Source of the DNA: Marinicella sp.
Lineage (GTDB): Bacteria > Pseudomonadota > Gammaproteobacteria > Xanthomonadales > Marinicellaceae
Direction of reading: 5' to 3'
Length of the DNA stretch: 64,000 nucleotides
Assembly: GCA_965230295.1 (NCBI GenBank)
Contig: OZ246001.1
Span: 1,024,001 to 1,088,000 of the forward strand
Shown here: piece after piece, positions 9,962 to 18,789 of the stretch
How positions within the stretch are numbered: position 1 is the first letter of the stretch
How the letters are laid out: the number at the start of each line of letters is the position of its first letter
Made by a program: the position numbers and the translations under genes
The notes under the pieces: generated by a model
The model's database searches: none
Told to the model about the DNA's origin: nothing
The model's input: the letters and a program-made list of their open reading frames with translations, nothing else

Positions 9962-10885
9962 ATGAAAAAAAGATACATTTTATTGGCCACTTTGGTGACT
10001 GGTTTTGCCACGGCTAAAGATGAACCGAAAGTCAGCTTTGCCAGTACCGAAGTGGGCACAGGGATCTATATGTTGGCCGGTGAAGGTGGATTCACTGGCG
10101 GCAACCTGGGCCTGTTGATTGGTGATGATGGGGTGGTGTTGATTGATGACTCCATGCCACCATTTTTAGACATCATGAACCAAGCGATCAAGTCGCTGAC
10201 TGACAAGCCCATCAATTTCTTAATCAACACCCACGTTCATGGTGATCACATCGGCAACAATGCCGCCTTAGGCGAAGCAGGCACCCACATTGTGGCCCAT
10301 GAAAACCTCAGGAACCAGTTGATAACCAAAGGTATCCAGGGTCCTGAAGGCATGGTTGAAGCACCCAAAGCAGCGCTGCCTGTACTCACTTACTCCAAAC
10401 AAATGAGCTTTCATTTCAACGGCCTGGAAGCCAGAGCCATCCATGTACCCAAGGCACACACCGACGGTGATACATTGATACATTTCAAAGGTGCCAATGT
10501 CATCCATGCTGGCGACACATTTTTCAATGGTCTGTTCCCATATATTGATTTGGGCTCAGGTGGATCTGTTGATGGTTATATCCATGCGCAAATGACCATG
10601 ATCAGCATGTCTGATGATGACACCAAAATCATTCCGGGTCACGGCCCCTTATCCAATAAAAAAGAACTGCAAGCAGCCGTTGATATGTTGATCGATGCCA
10701 AAGCATTGATTGGCGAACAGATTAAGGCAGGTAAATCCTTGGAAGAAATTCTCAAAGCCAATCCTCTGGAAAAGTACCACGAAGATTGGAACTGGGGATT
10801 CATCACCACTGAAAGGATGACCACCCAGGTCTATAACGACTTATCAAAAGGCAATCATCATGGTGATCAAAACCACAGCCATTGA
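9962..10885 (+). CDS. Exported MBL-fold metallohydrolase (cyclase-like)
   Basis: GAGGA RBS before ATG 9962; signal peptide; HVHGDH, AHTDGD, GD, PGHG. Confidence 0.9.
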   Translation: MKKRYILLATLVTGFATAKDEPKVSFASTEVGTGIYMLAGEGGFTGGNLGLLIGDDGVVLIDDSMPPFLDIMNQAIKSLTDKPINFLINTHVHGDHIGNNAALGEAGTHIVAHENLRNQLITKGIQGPEGMVEAPKAALPVLTYSKQMSFHFNGLEARAIHVPKAHTDGDTLIHFKGANVIHAGDTFFNGLFPYIDLGSGGSVDGYIHAQMTMISMSDDDTKIIPGHGPLSNKKELQAAVDMLIDAKALIGEQIKAGKSLEEILKANPLEKYHEDWNWGFITTERMTTQVYNDLSKGNHHGDQNHSH

Positions 10886-10902
10886 TAATCACAACAACCC
10901 TT

Positions 10903-10933
10903 AAAAGGCCAACCTTGGTGGTTGGCCTTTTTT
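10903..10933 (+). terminator. Intrinsic terminator
   Basis: GGCCAACC-TTGGT-GGTTGGCC followed by T6. Confidence 0.88.
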
Positions 10934-11010
10934 TATTCTCTAAAAAATCCGTTGACTATCAGCGTTTAACCCATATAAAGATCAGAGTTTTAATTTCCAT
11001 ATCAGACAGC

Positions 11011-11829
11011 ATGAAAAACACCCTTAAGAAGATTCACGAGAATAAAATTTTTGAATGGTCCGTAGTGACTGTCATCATCCTGTCTGCTTTGTTGATCGGC
11101 GCCAAGACCTATCACTTACCCAAACCCTTTGTCATATTTTTGACTTATGCTGATTTAGCAGTCACCATTTTTTTTCTGGTTGAAATCACCATCCGTTATA
11201 TCGCCAGTGATGATAAAAAGAATTTTTTCAAAAGTGGTTGGAATGTTTTCGACACCCTCATTGTGGTGGTCAGCCTGATTCCAATTGAAGACTCTGAAAT
11301 GGCCCTGGTAGGGCGGTTGGTGCGTGTCTTTAGGGTGCTGAGGATGATCTCGATTGTCCCGGAACTGCGAATATTGATCAATTCCCTGATCAAAGCCATG
11401 CCACAGTTATCCTATGTGATGTTGTTGCTGTTTATTATTTTCTACATCTATGGCGCTGTGGGCAGTTTCTTTTTCAACGAAATCAATCCCGTTCTGTGGG
11501 GTGACATAGCCACCAGTATGTTGACCTTATTCAGGGTCATGACTTTTGAAGATTGGACTGATGTGATGTATGAAACCATGGGCACATATCCGCTGAGTTG
11601 GTCATTTTATTTGTCATTCATATTCTTCACTGCATTTGCATTCCTCAATATGGTGATCGGCATTGTGGTGAATGTCTTAGAAAAAGAAAATGCGGCACAT
11701 GATCGACAAAAAATGTTAGACCAACAAGAAGAAGAAATGAGCCAATTGGATCAGATTCAACGCGAACTGGATGAAATAAAAGCTTTGTTAAAAAGTAAAA
11801 ACAACTTAGGGCCTGTTAACACTAAATAA
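11011..11829 (+). CDS. Prokaryotic voltage-gated cation (BacNav-type) channel
   Basis: 6-TM layout; S3 WNVFD; S4 RLVRVFRVLR; filter TFEDW; S6 FLNMVIGIVV; C-terminal coiled coil. Start moved to ATG 11011. Confidence 0.9.
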   Translation: MKNTLKKIHENKIFEWSVVTVIILSALLIGAKTYHLPKPFVIFLTYADLAVTIFFLVEITIRYIASDDKKNFFKSGWNVFDTLIVVVSLIPIEDSEMALVGRLVRVFRVLRMISIVPELRILINSLIKAMPQLSYVMLLLFIIFYIYGAVGSFFFNEINPVLWGDIATSMLTLFRVMTFEDWTDVMYETMGTYPLSWSFYLSFIFFTAFAFLNMVIGIVVNVLEKENAAHDRQKMLDQQEEEMSQLDQIQRELDEIKALLKSKNNLGPVNTK

Positions 11830-12077
11830 ATGGCCACTGCTGAAACCGTATTTTTCAGCCAACACCACCACCCATCGTGATATGTGGTCACTCCACATGA
11901 ACGATTGGCTAAGGCCGGTGGGTGGAAAATACGGTCCAGCCCTATGGGTTAAGGCTGAAAACACCACACCCTGCATTGCTCATCACTCAATTGGCATGCC
12001 AAATCACGCGATTCGCGCCTTGATAGTGATGTTTTCAGTCATAACAGTCGCCATTTATTTAGTGTTAACAGGCCCTA
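11807..12077 (+). mobile_element. 271-bp MITE, family A, copy 1
   Basis: Perfect 28-bp terminal inverted repeat TAGGGCCTGTTAACACTAAATAAATGGC; TA at both ends; about 94% identical to the reverse complement of 15151-15421. Confidence 0.9.
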
Positions 12078-12608
12078 GTTTGATCGTCTTCGCGTGGCCG
12101 TGTCGATGAATGAAACGGGCACCACACCCGTTTCAGGGTCGATGTCTCCAAAACGAATTTGCCATTTCCACTCGCTTTCTCCATCATAGGTAATTTCTGC
12201 TTCAGACAACTGCTTCAAACCGGTGTTGTTCCATTCATGGTTTTTCAAATTGATCACGTACCCGTCTTTGCTGACATCGAGGATGTATAGGTTTTTTCCT
12301 GAGTAATCATTGAATAAGGCGACCATTTCAAACCGTTCATTGCGTTTGTTGTAATTAATATAAAACAAATAGTTTCGTTCTTTGCCTGTGTGCGTCACAC
12401 CTTTGGATTCACACACGATGTATTGTTGCATTAAAGTATAGCGACACTCTCGTTGTCCGGTATCGGTGTAATCACTTTTAACAGCTTGGTCTGCATAGTC
12501 CCAACTGCCAATCAACCAATCCAAATCTTTGATTGATGGTTCTTGATCTGAGGCCAAGAGACAAATTGGCGCCTGCATAAGGATGATCAATATAAATAGT
12601 TTACCCAT
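12075..12608 (-). CDS. Exported beta-rich hypothetical protein (DUF1579-like)
   Basis: Signal peptide; DLDWLIGSW motif; GGAG RBS; stop codon lies in the MITE end. Confidence 0.7.
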   Translation of the reverse strand: MGKLFILIILMQAPICLLASDQEPSIKDLDWLIGSWDYADQAVKSDYTDTGQRECRYTLMQQYIVCESKGVTHTGKERNYLFYINYNKRNERFEMVALFNDYSGKNLYILDVSKDGYVINLKNHEWNNTGLKQLSEAEITYDGESEWKWQIRFGDIDPETGVVPVSFIDTATRRRSN

Positions 12609-12685
12609 GTGTGTGCTCCTGTATTGACATTAAAACACTAAGATTTTCATTCCCAGACTTCTATAACACCTAACTCATTTTTCTT

Positions 12686-12835
12686 AGGAAAGCTGCTGAG
12701 CAGCTTGATCCGCCGAGCCGGTTGGTGAGCATAGCGAATCAGAGGCGAAGAGCGCGATGTAGAAAGTCATGTTCGCCGTGGTCGTTTTCACTTTTGTCTG
12801 GAACAAAAGTGAATGGAGCCCCAAGAACATTCCTT
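12686..12835 (+). mobile_element. 150-bp MITE-like repeat, family B, copy 2
   Basis: Ungapped match to 8720-8869. Confidence 0.8.
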
Positions 12836-13045
12836 TAATGTTTTCATATTGATTAAAATAAACCGGATCAAAAATAATGCCATGAGTTTGAGGTGAATCA
12901 CCTTTTTTATCAGCCAAGTTGAATCAGATTGTCCCACCATATCAAGATTTACCAGGGTAAGGCTTTAAAATAATTCGACCAGAGATTATGATTTGGGAAT
13001 ATTTAACGCATGAAGGTGGGGTAACGTTATATGTCAATCAATACA

Positions 13046-14221
13046 TCACTTGGCCAAGGCATCAATGGCATCCTGTAGACCATTCAAACTCAAAGGAAAC
13101 ATATTTTGGTTGACCATTTTTTGAATCATTTGGGTTGAATGGGTGTAGCCCCAATATTCTTCTGGCACTGGATTCAACCACACCAGTTTTTCCCACTGTT
13201 GTGTCAGTCTTTGCATCCAGACCACCGCCGATTCTTCATTCATGTGCTCCACACTGCCAAAAGGTTCGGTGATTTCATAAGGTGACATCGCAGCATCACC
13301 GACGACCATCACATGGTAATCATGAGCAAACGTATGCAACACATCCCAGGTACTGATGTTTTCTTGCCAGCGACGTGCATTGTCTTGCCATAATTTCTCA
13401 TAAATACAGTTATGGAAATAGAAATATTCCAAGTGCTTGAATTCAGCACGGACGGCAGAAAACAATTCTTCACAACGTTGCACGTGGTAATCCATTGAGC
13501 CACCCACATCAAAAAACACCAGCAGCTTCACCGCATTGTGGCGTTCAGGACGCATTTTCAAATCGAGCAAGCCCGCATTGTCTGCTGTCGATTTAATCGT
13601 ACTGGTTAAATCCAATTCATCCGCCGCACCCGTTCGGGCAAATTTACGCAATTTGCGCAAAGCCATCTTCATCGATCGGGTGTTCAACTCAGCACTGCCA
13701 TCCAAATTCTTGAACTGGCGCTTTTCCCACACTTTGGTGGCACGGTTGTGCTGACCTTCTCCACCAATCCTTACACCTTCCGGGTTATAGCCACCATGAC
13801 CAAAGGGTGATGTACCTCCTGTGCCAATCCACTTGTTACCACCCTGGTGCTTCTTTTGTTGTTCTTCCAAGCGTTTTTTCAGGGTTTCCATCAATTTTTC
13901 AAACCCTCCCAATGCTTCTATTTGGGCTTTTTCTTCATCACTTAATTGCTTGATCCAGTCAGGCTTTAACCAGTCATGTGGAATCAGGAATGACTCAAAA
14001 TCTTCAATCATTTCCAGATCATGAAAGTAATGACCAAATGCCAAATCAAAGCGATCAAAATATTTTTCATCCTTGATCATACATATTTTTGCCAACTGAT
14101 AGAAATCATCGATTGAGGCAAAGACCACCTGTTTTTCCAGCGCCTGTAATAACACCAGCAGCTCTTTTACAGTGACCGGTAATTGGGCCTTTTTTAAGGT
14201 ATAAAAAAAATCTATCAGCAT
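13046..14221 (-). CDS. VWA-domain (CoxE-like) protein
   Basis: GGNKWIGTGGTSPFG, DVGGSM MIDAS motif, YFHNC, VGDA, WLNP; paired with the MoxR ATPase. Confidence 0.92.
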   Translation of the reverse strand: MLIDFFYTLKKAQLPVTVKELLVLLQALEKQVVFASIDDFYQLAKICMIKDEKYFDRFDLAFGHYFHDLEMIEDFESFLIPHDWLKPDWIKQLSDEEKAQIEALGGFEKLMETLKKRLEEQQKKHQGGNKWIGTGGTSPFGHGGYNPEGVRIGGEGQHNRATKVWEKRQFKNLDGSAELNTRSMKMALRKLRKFARTGAADELDLTSTIKSTADNAGLLDLKMRPERHNAVKLLVFFDVGGSMDYHVQRCEELFSAVRAEFKHLEYFYFHNCIYEKLWQDNARRWQENISTWDVLHTFAHDYHVMVVGDAAMSPYEITEPFGSVEHMNEESAVVWMQRLTQQWEKLVWLNPVPEEYWGYTHSTQMIQKMVNQNMFPLSLNGLQDAIDALAK

Positions 14222-14227
14222 ACAGTA

Positions 14228-15073
14228 CTAACTTTGACGGCGCATCATGAAGGCCAGTTTCTGTAACATGTGAACATCCTGTTCATTCTTCAGCAAGGCA
14301 CCATACAAAGGTGGAATGGCTTCTTTGATGCTCTTGTTTTGCAAGGCTTCAATGGGGATGTCATCGGCCACCAACAGTTTGATCCAATCGATCAATTCAG
14401 AAGTTGAAGGCTTCTTTTTCAAACCAGGCACTTCTCGCACCTCAAAGAACACTTCCAAAGCCGCATTGAGCATGCCTTTTTTCAACTCTGGATGGTGCAC
14501 TTTGATGATGGCCTGCATGGTCTTTTTATCAGGGAAATTGATGTAGTGGAAAAAGCAGCGGCGCAAAAAAGCATCCGGTAGCTCTTTTTCATTGTTGCTG
14601 GTGATGATGATGATTGGTCGCTGTTTGGCCTGAATGGTTTCTCCGGTTTCATACACCGAAAACTCCATCTTATCCAGCTCCACCAACAAGTCATTGGGAA
14701 ACTCAATGTCGGCTTTGTCAATTTCATCAATCAATAACACCACCTGTTCATCTGCTGTGAAGGCTTCCCAAAGTTTACCCTGACGGATGTAGTTTTTGAT
14801 GTCGTGCACTTTGGCATCGCCCAACTGAGAATCCCGCAATCGGGATACGGCGTCATATTCATACAAACCTTGTTGGGCCTTGGTGGTTGATTTGATGTGC
14901 CAACTGATGAGTTTTTTACCCATGGTAGCCGCCACTTCCTCAGCTAACATGGTTTTTCCTGTGCCAGGTTCACCTTTGATCAACAAAGGTCTTTGCAAAG
15001 TCACTGCTGCGTTGACGGCCAATTGCAAGTCTGAGGTGGCTACATAAGTATCCGAACCAGTAAATTTAGTCAT
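14228..15073 (-). CDS. MoxR family AAA+ ATPase
   Basis: GEPGTGKT, LLIDEIDKAD, TSNNEKELPDAFLRRC; start at MTKFTG. Confidence 0.94.
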   Translation of the reverse strand: MTKFTGSDTYVATSDLQLAVNAAVTLQRPLLIKGEPGTGKTMLAEEVAATMGKKLISWHIKSTTKAQQGLYEYDAVSRLRDSQLGDAKVHDIKNYIRQGKLWEAFTADEQVVLLIDEIDKADIEFPNDLLVELDKMEFSVYETGETIQAKQRPIIIITSNNEKELPDAFLRRCFFHYINFPDKKTMQAIIKVHHPELKKGMLNAALEVFFEVREVPGLKKKPSTSELIDWIKLLVADDIPIEALQNKSIKEAIPPLYGALLKNEQDVHMLQKLAFMMRRQS

Positions 15074-15150
15074 AATTGTTCTGTTTGTGTTTATGACTAT
15101 TTTACTGTCAGTTGGATCCATTACTAGTTAATTTTATCCATCATATTGAC

Positions 15151-15421
15151 TAGGGCCTGTTAACACTATATGAATGACGACCGTTATGACTGAAAACATC
15201 ACAATCAAGGCGCTAATCGCGTGATTTGGTATGCCAATTGAGTGATGAGCAACGCAGGGTGTGGTGTTTTCAGCCTTAACCCATCGGGCTGGACCGTATT
15301 TTCCACCCATCGGCCTTAGCCAATCGTTCATGTGGAATGACCACATATCACGATGGGTGGCGTTGTTGGCTGAAAAATACGGTTTCAGCAGTTGCCATTC
15401 ATATAGTGTTAACAGGCCCTA
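15151..15421 (-). mobile_element. 271-bp MITE, family A, copy 2 (inverted relative to copy 1)
   Basis: 26-bp TIR TAGGGCCTGTTAACACTATATGAATG; CTAG context at both ends. Confidence 0.9.
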
Positions 15422-15425
15422 GTTT

Positions 15426-17117
15426 TTACTTTGGAGCTGTTTGCTCATCAGCTTCTTGATGACCCACATATAATGTCTTCAATTTTTTAATGGTCTGACT
15501 GTTTTCCGTGCGGCCAATTTTCTTCATTGCGATACTCAGTCCATCCAGATAATAGTCTGGAATGATGGTGCCTGTTTGGTACATGTTTTTCAGTTTCAGA
15601 ATCAAGCCATCAACCTGATCTTTAGTGACTTGACCTGAGCCAATAAAGACATCTGTCTGTTTGAAAATCATCGTAAGGTGGTTTAGTATCTGATCCAGAT
15701 CACTCCGACTCAACAAGCGACCTCGTAATACAACCGTTTGGATGGTTCTGCTGTTACTGACATCAACCAATGGGTTGGCCGTCAGTAATAACAAGTCTGC
15801 CCTCGACCCTACTGATATTTGCCCCAGCTCATTTTCCCTTCGCATCGCCTCAGCACCGTTGATGGTGGCCGTTCGTAGTGTGTCAACATGAGACAAACCT
15901 GCCGCATTCAGGTAACCCAATTCATCGTGTAAAGCAAAACCTGGCACATTGAACATATAACCTCCACCGGTATCAGTTCCAGCCAGAAATTGGGCGTTTA
16001 TTGGGAGCAGCTTCCTGATGATCTCTTGTCGCAGCTGAAGTGAAGCCAACCTCAAGTCCAACAACTTATCTTGCTTCAAATTGACCCGTTTTAACCAGTT
16101 TTTTTTCTCTCTTGGTGACACATACTTCATTTCAGGGGCTTGTAACGCTTTCGATGCCTGCGGGCCATAAAGAGAATCCTTATAAGTGTACAAAGTCGGT
16201 GTGTTCCAAACATCTTGCCCTTGGGTTGCCGATACATAATCTTCTTCAGTCAATTGCAATGTGCTGTCCAACAGATAGCTCTTTAGGTGTTCTGTGGTTC
16301 GATACCCTAAAGTCATAGCCCTGGAAACGCTGGTGTTGTGTGGTATGTGCCCTACCACATCCAGGCTTTGGTTTTTCGCCTCTGAAAAAATTGCCGCCAG
16401 CATCCCATCCTCCATAAAGTTGTGTACTTTGATGAAGTCATACCCAAGTTTCGCTTGCTGCTTCACAGCATTACGCGCCTCTGCTTCACTGTTAACCACA
16501 TGGGCATACCAGCCAATAGGCTTTTGATTCAGAATGGTTCCTGATACATACATGGTTGGGGCCAACAATTGATCGTTGTTGATTTGGTCACGCATCGCCA
16601 ACATCCAGGGAAAACCATCCATATCTCTGACCGAAGTCACTCCATTGACCACATTCAACAATGCCACGCTGGCTGATGTCAGGTTGTGGACGTGCATGTC
16701 AACCAAACCTGGCACCAGATATAAATCGCTGGCATCGATAAGGCTGGTGTTTTTTGCATCAATTCGATTCAGTTCTTGGCCCATGGATTTGATCAAACCA
16801 TGTTCAATCAACAAATCCACACCGGTCTCGACCTGACCGGTGACAACATTCACCAAGTTGGCATCGACAATCAACATGGTTTGCGGTTTATGGACATCCA
16901 ACAAACTTGATTGATAAGCCAACAAATCAGCTTCCTCAAAGAAATAACTCCATTGGCTGATGTCTGCCCCCTGATACGCACCATCAACAGTTTCAGAACG
17001 CGCTGCAGGGGCCAGAAACAAGATGAAGACCATGATGACAAACCCAAAACGCAACAGCATTGGCAGATCCTGTCGCCATGCCAGTTTCAATTTTCCAGGT
17101 CCTTGGCTAAACATCAT
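15426..17117 (-). CDS. Exported amidohydrolase family protein
   Basis: PGLVDMHVH, GVTSVRD, DFIKV, VGH, EH, AGTD, ATINGA, RADLLLL; hydrophobic N-terminal segment. Exact start uncertain. Confidence 0.88.
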   Translation of the reverse strand: MMFSQGPGKLKLAWRQDLPMLLRFGFVIMVFILFLAPAARSETVDGAYQGADISQWSYFFEEADLLAYQSSLLDVHKPQTMLIVDANLVNVVTGQVETGVDLLIEHGLIKSMGQELNRIDAKNTSLIDASDLYLVPGLVDMHVHNLTSASVALLNVVNGVTSVRDMDGFPWMLAMRDQINNDQLLAPTMYVSGTILNQKPIGWYAHVVNSEAEARNAVKQQAKLGYDFIKVHNFMEDGMLAAIFSEAKNQSLDVVGHIPHNTSVSRAMTLGYRTTEHLKSYLLDSTLQLTEEDYVSATQGQDVWNTPTLYTYKDSLYGPQASKALQAPEMKYVSPREKKNWLKRVNLKQDKLLDLRLASLQLRQEIIRKLLPINAQFLAGTDTGGGYMFNVPGFALHDELGYLNAAGLSHVDTLRTATINGAEAMRRENELGQISVGSRADLLLLTANPLVDVSNSRTIQTVVLRGRLLSRSDLDQILNHLTMIFKQTDVFIGSGQVTKDQVDGLILKLKNMYQTGTIIPDYYLDGLSIAMKKIGRTENSQTIKKLKTLYVGHQEADEQTAPK

Positions 17118-17766
17118 TTAGCTCCTTTTGAGCCAGCCATTCACTAACCACACCGATTCCCCATTGCCAGTGTTTTTCTGACAAGTCGGCAGCCTTGTCA
17201 TACTCTTTTTCAACCAACAACTGAACTATATCGCGATGATCTTGAACTGCCTGTCTGGGTTCTGCAACGCCACGTCCGCTAAAATCATCAAACTGCATGG
17301 CCCTGAGTCGAAGGTTTTTCGTCGTTTCAATTAAGACCTCATTGTCGCTGTTTTCAATCAAAACTTCGTGCCATTTTCGGTCGGCTTCACCTCTGACCTT
17401 GGGATCACTGTCAGTCATTGACTCAGTTAAGCTCGCCAAGGTTGCTAAAGTTTCATCACTGAAACCACGTGTTGTTCTGATAGACAGGGCTTCAAGCGCA
17501 CCTATCATAGGGTACAATTCACGTACTTTTTGGGCATTGACCACTGCAACATGACAACCTTTGTTCGGAACAAAGTCCACCAAGCCTTCACGCTCCAAAC
17601 CAAACAATGCCTCACGAATCGGTGTTCTGCTCACTCCCAGCAGAGCAGACAGCTTTTCCTCTTCAAGCTTTTCACCAGGCCTTAAACCACCTTGAGCTAT
17701 TTCATCCCGCAAAGCACTTCTGACGGCGCTGCGCATGGATTGATGTTTAATAATTGATTTTTGCAT
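17107..17766 (-). CDS. GntR/FCD family transcriptional regulator
   Basis: LRPGEKLEEEKLSALLGVSRTPIREAL; FCD His residues; start moved to ATG 17766. Confidence 0.92.
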   Translation of the reverse strand: MQKSIIKHQSMRSAVRSALRDEIAQGGLRPGEKLEEEKLSALLGVSRTPIREALFGLEREGLVDFVPNKGCHVAVVNAQKVRELYPMIGALEALSIRTTRGFSDETLATLASLTESMTDSDPKVRGEADRKWHEVLIENSDNEVLIETTKNLRLRAMQFDDFSGRGVAEPRQAVQDHRDIVQLLVEKEYDKAADLSEKHWQWGIGVVSEWLAQKELNDV

Positions 17767-17794
17767 ATTGTGTATTGTATACAATATGCAAAAA
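17758..17794. promoter_or_regulatory. GntR-type operator palindrome over the -10 box and start codon
   Basis: TTTTTGCATATTGT-N9-ACAATATGCAAAAA containing TATTGTATACAATA. Confidence 0.75.
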
Positions 17795-17904
17795 ATAGCA
17801 ACCACTTTTTACCTACAAACCCACTCCGTCGATGGTTTTAGCCAGGTATTTTCTCGTTTACTGTTTCTATTGAGGACTGGTTTCAGTGAAGTTTGTGTCC
17901 TGAT

Positions 17905-18612
17905 CTAAGGCGTTGATGTGTCAAAAGTTTCCGCAAATATGACATCTGTAAGGATCCTCAAAATTCCTGTTTGGCTGGTATGTGCAGGGTTGGCACAATG
18001 GTAAGGAACCTCACCTACCTCGTTGAATCGAACATAAAATTCCCAGGGAAAGCCGGTTGGATCGGTGTCTGTATTTTGCCCATCGCCTTCACAACCATCG
18101 GCACAAATCAAAGCGTCATCATCGGTGCGGAAATTGTGTTCACCTCCCTGATTATTGAAATAAACCACATCACCAGCTGTTATGGTCAAATCATCAGGAA
18201 CATAGGTGTTATCCACTTGTGCTGATATTTGATGGGTGGTCCCGGTACTGGGCGTTTGCACCACCACCGTTCCGACCATACCAAACTGAACATGTGGTTG
18301 GCATTCATAAGGAATGGTCTCAGGCACCCTGAATGTCACTTCAGCCACCCAAAGATCTGAAGATGGATTACCATTCCCACCATTAGCTTCACAGCCATTG
18401 GCACAACGAAACTTTCCCACTGCATAAACATTGTGGGCACCAGGTCCTTCATTCACCCATCGCACCGTATCGCCAGCCTCAATCACCACCGTTGCAGGAC
18501 TGAATGAGTTGTCTCTCACGGTGACGACATGGGTTCTGGCCATTGAAGTGCCAATCAGCAACAGCGTACTCAAAATGACCCAAATTAGACGATTGATGAT
18601 TACAGGTGACAT
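17905..18612 (-). CDS. Exported tandem cupredoxin (blue copper) protein with C-terminal IFxxxFD tag
   Basis: Signal peptide; two domains, HNV...CQPHVQFGM and HNF...CANPAHTSQ; ends DVIFAETFDTSTP. Confidence 0.85.
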   Translation of the reverse strand: MSPVIINRLIWVILSTLLLIGTSMARTHVVTVRDNSFSPATVVIEAGDTVRWVNEGPGAHNVYAVGKFRCANGCEANGGNGNPSSDLWVAEVTFRVPETIPYECQPHVQFGMVGTVVVQTPSTGTTHQISAQVDNTYVPDDLTITAGDVVYFNNQGGEHNFRTDDDALICADGCEGDGQNTDTDPTGFPWEFYVRFNEVGEVPYHCANPAHTSQTGILRILTDVIFAETFDTSTP

Positions 18613-18789
18613 GTTTGGTCAATACTCAATTTATCTGGCTTGATTCTAGTGGAAATTTAACAAATTAAGTTAAATTTACGCTAAGGATGCAAGATTGACC
18701 AGAGATTTAAACCTGTTGTGTGAACTGATTCTCACAATCTCATGTTCGTTGGTTCTAAATTTAATAACGTCTAAAAGCGTAGAAAAACC

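Noticed and set aside
10882-11010. N-terminal extension of the channel ORF (also ORF-track extensions of Lrp, MBL, MoxR, GntR, tsaB, parB, DUF937)
   Set aside because: The extension runs across a terminator or intergenic DNA; downstream ATGs fit family N-termini better.
11882-12109. 75-aa ORF nearly identical to the 70-aa ORF at 15134-15346
   Set aside because: Both start within the MITE copies and run out through the TIR into unrelated flanks; no RBS or transposase motif; the similarity is explained by the DNA repeat.
12684-12917. 77-aa minus-strand ORF
   Set aside because: Mostly overlaps the family-B repeat; no recognisable protein features.
13046-15073. MoxR-VWA pair as a defence or novel system
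   Set aside because: A widespread conserved chaperone-like pair with no associated effector gene here.
18719-18736. CRP/Clp site
   Set aside because: Spacer is 8 bp rather than 6; kept only as an unassigned palindrome.
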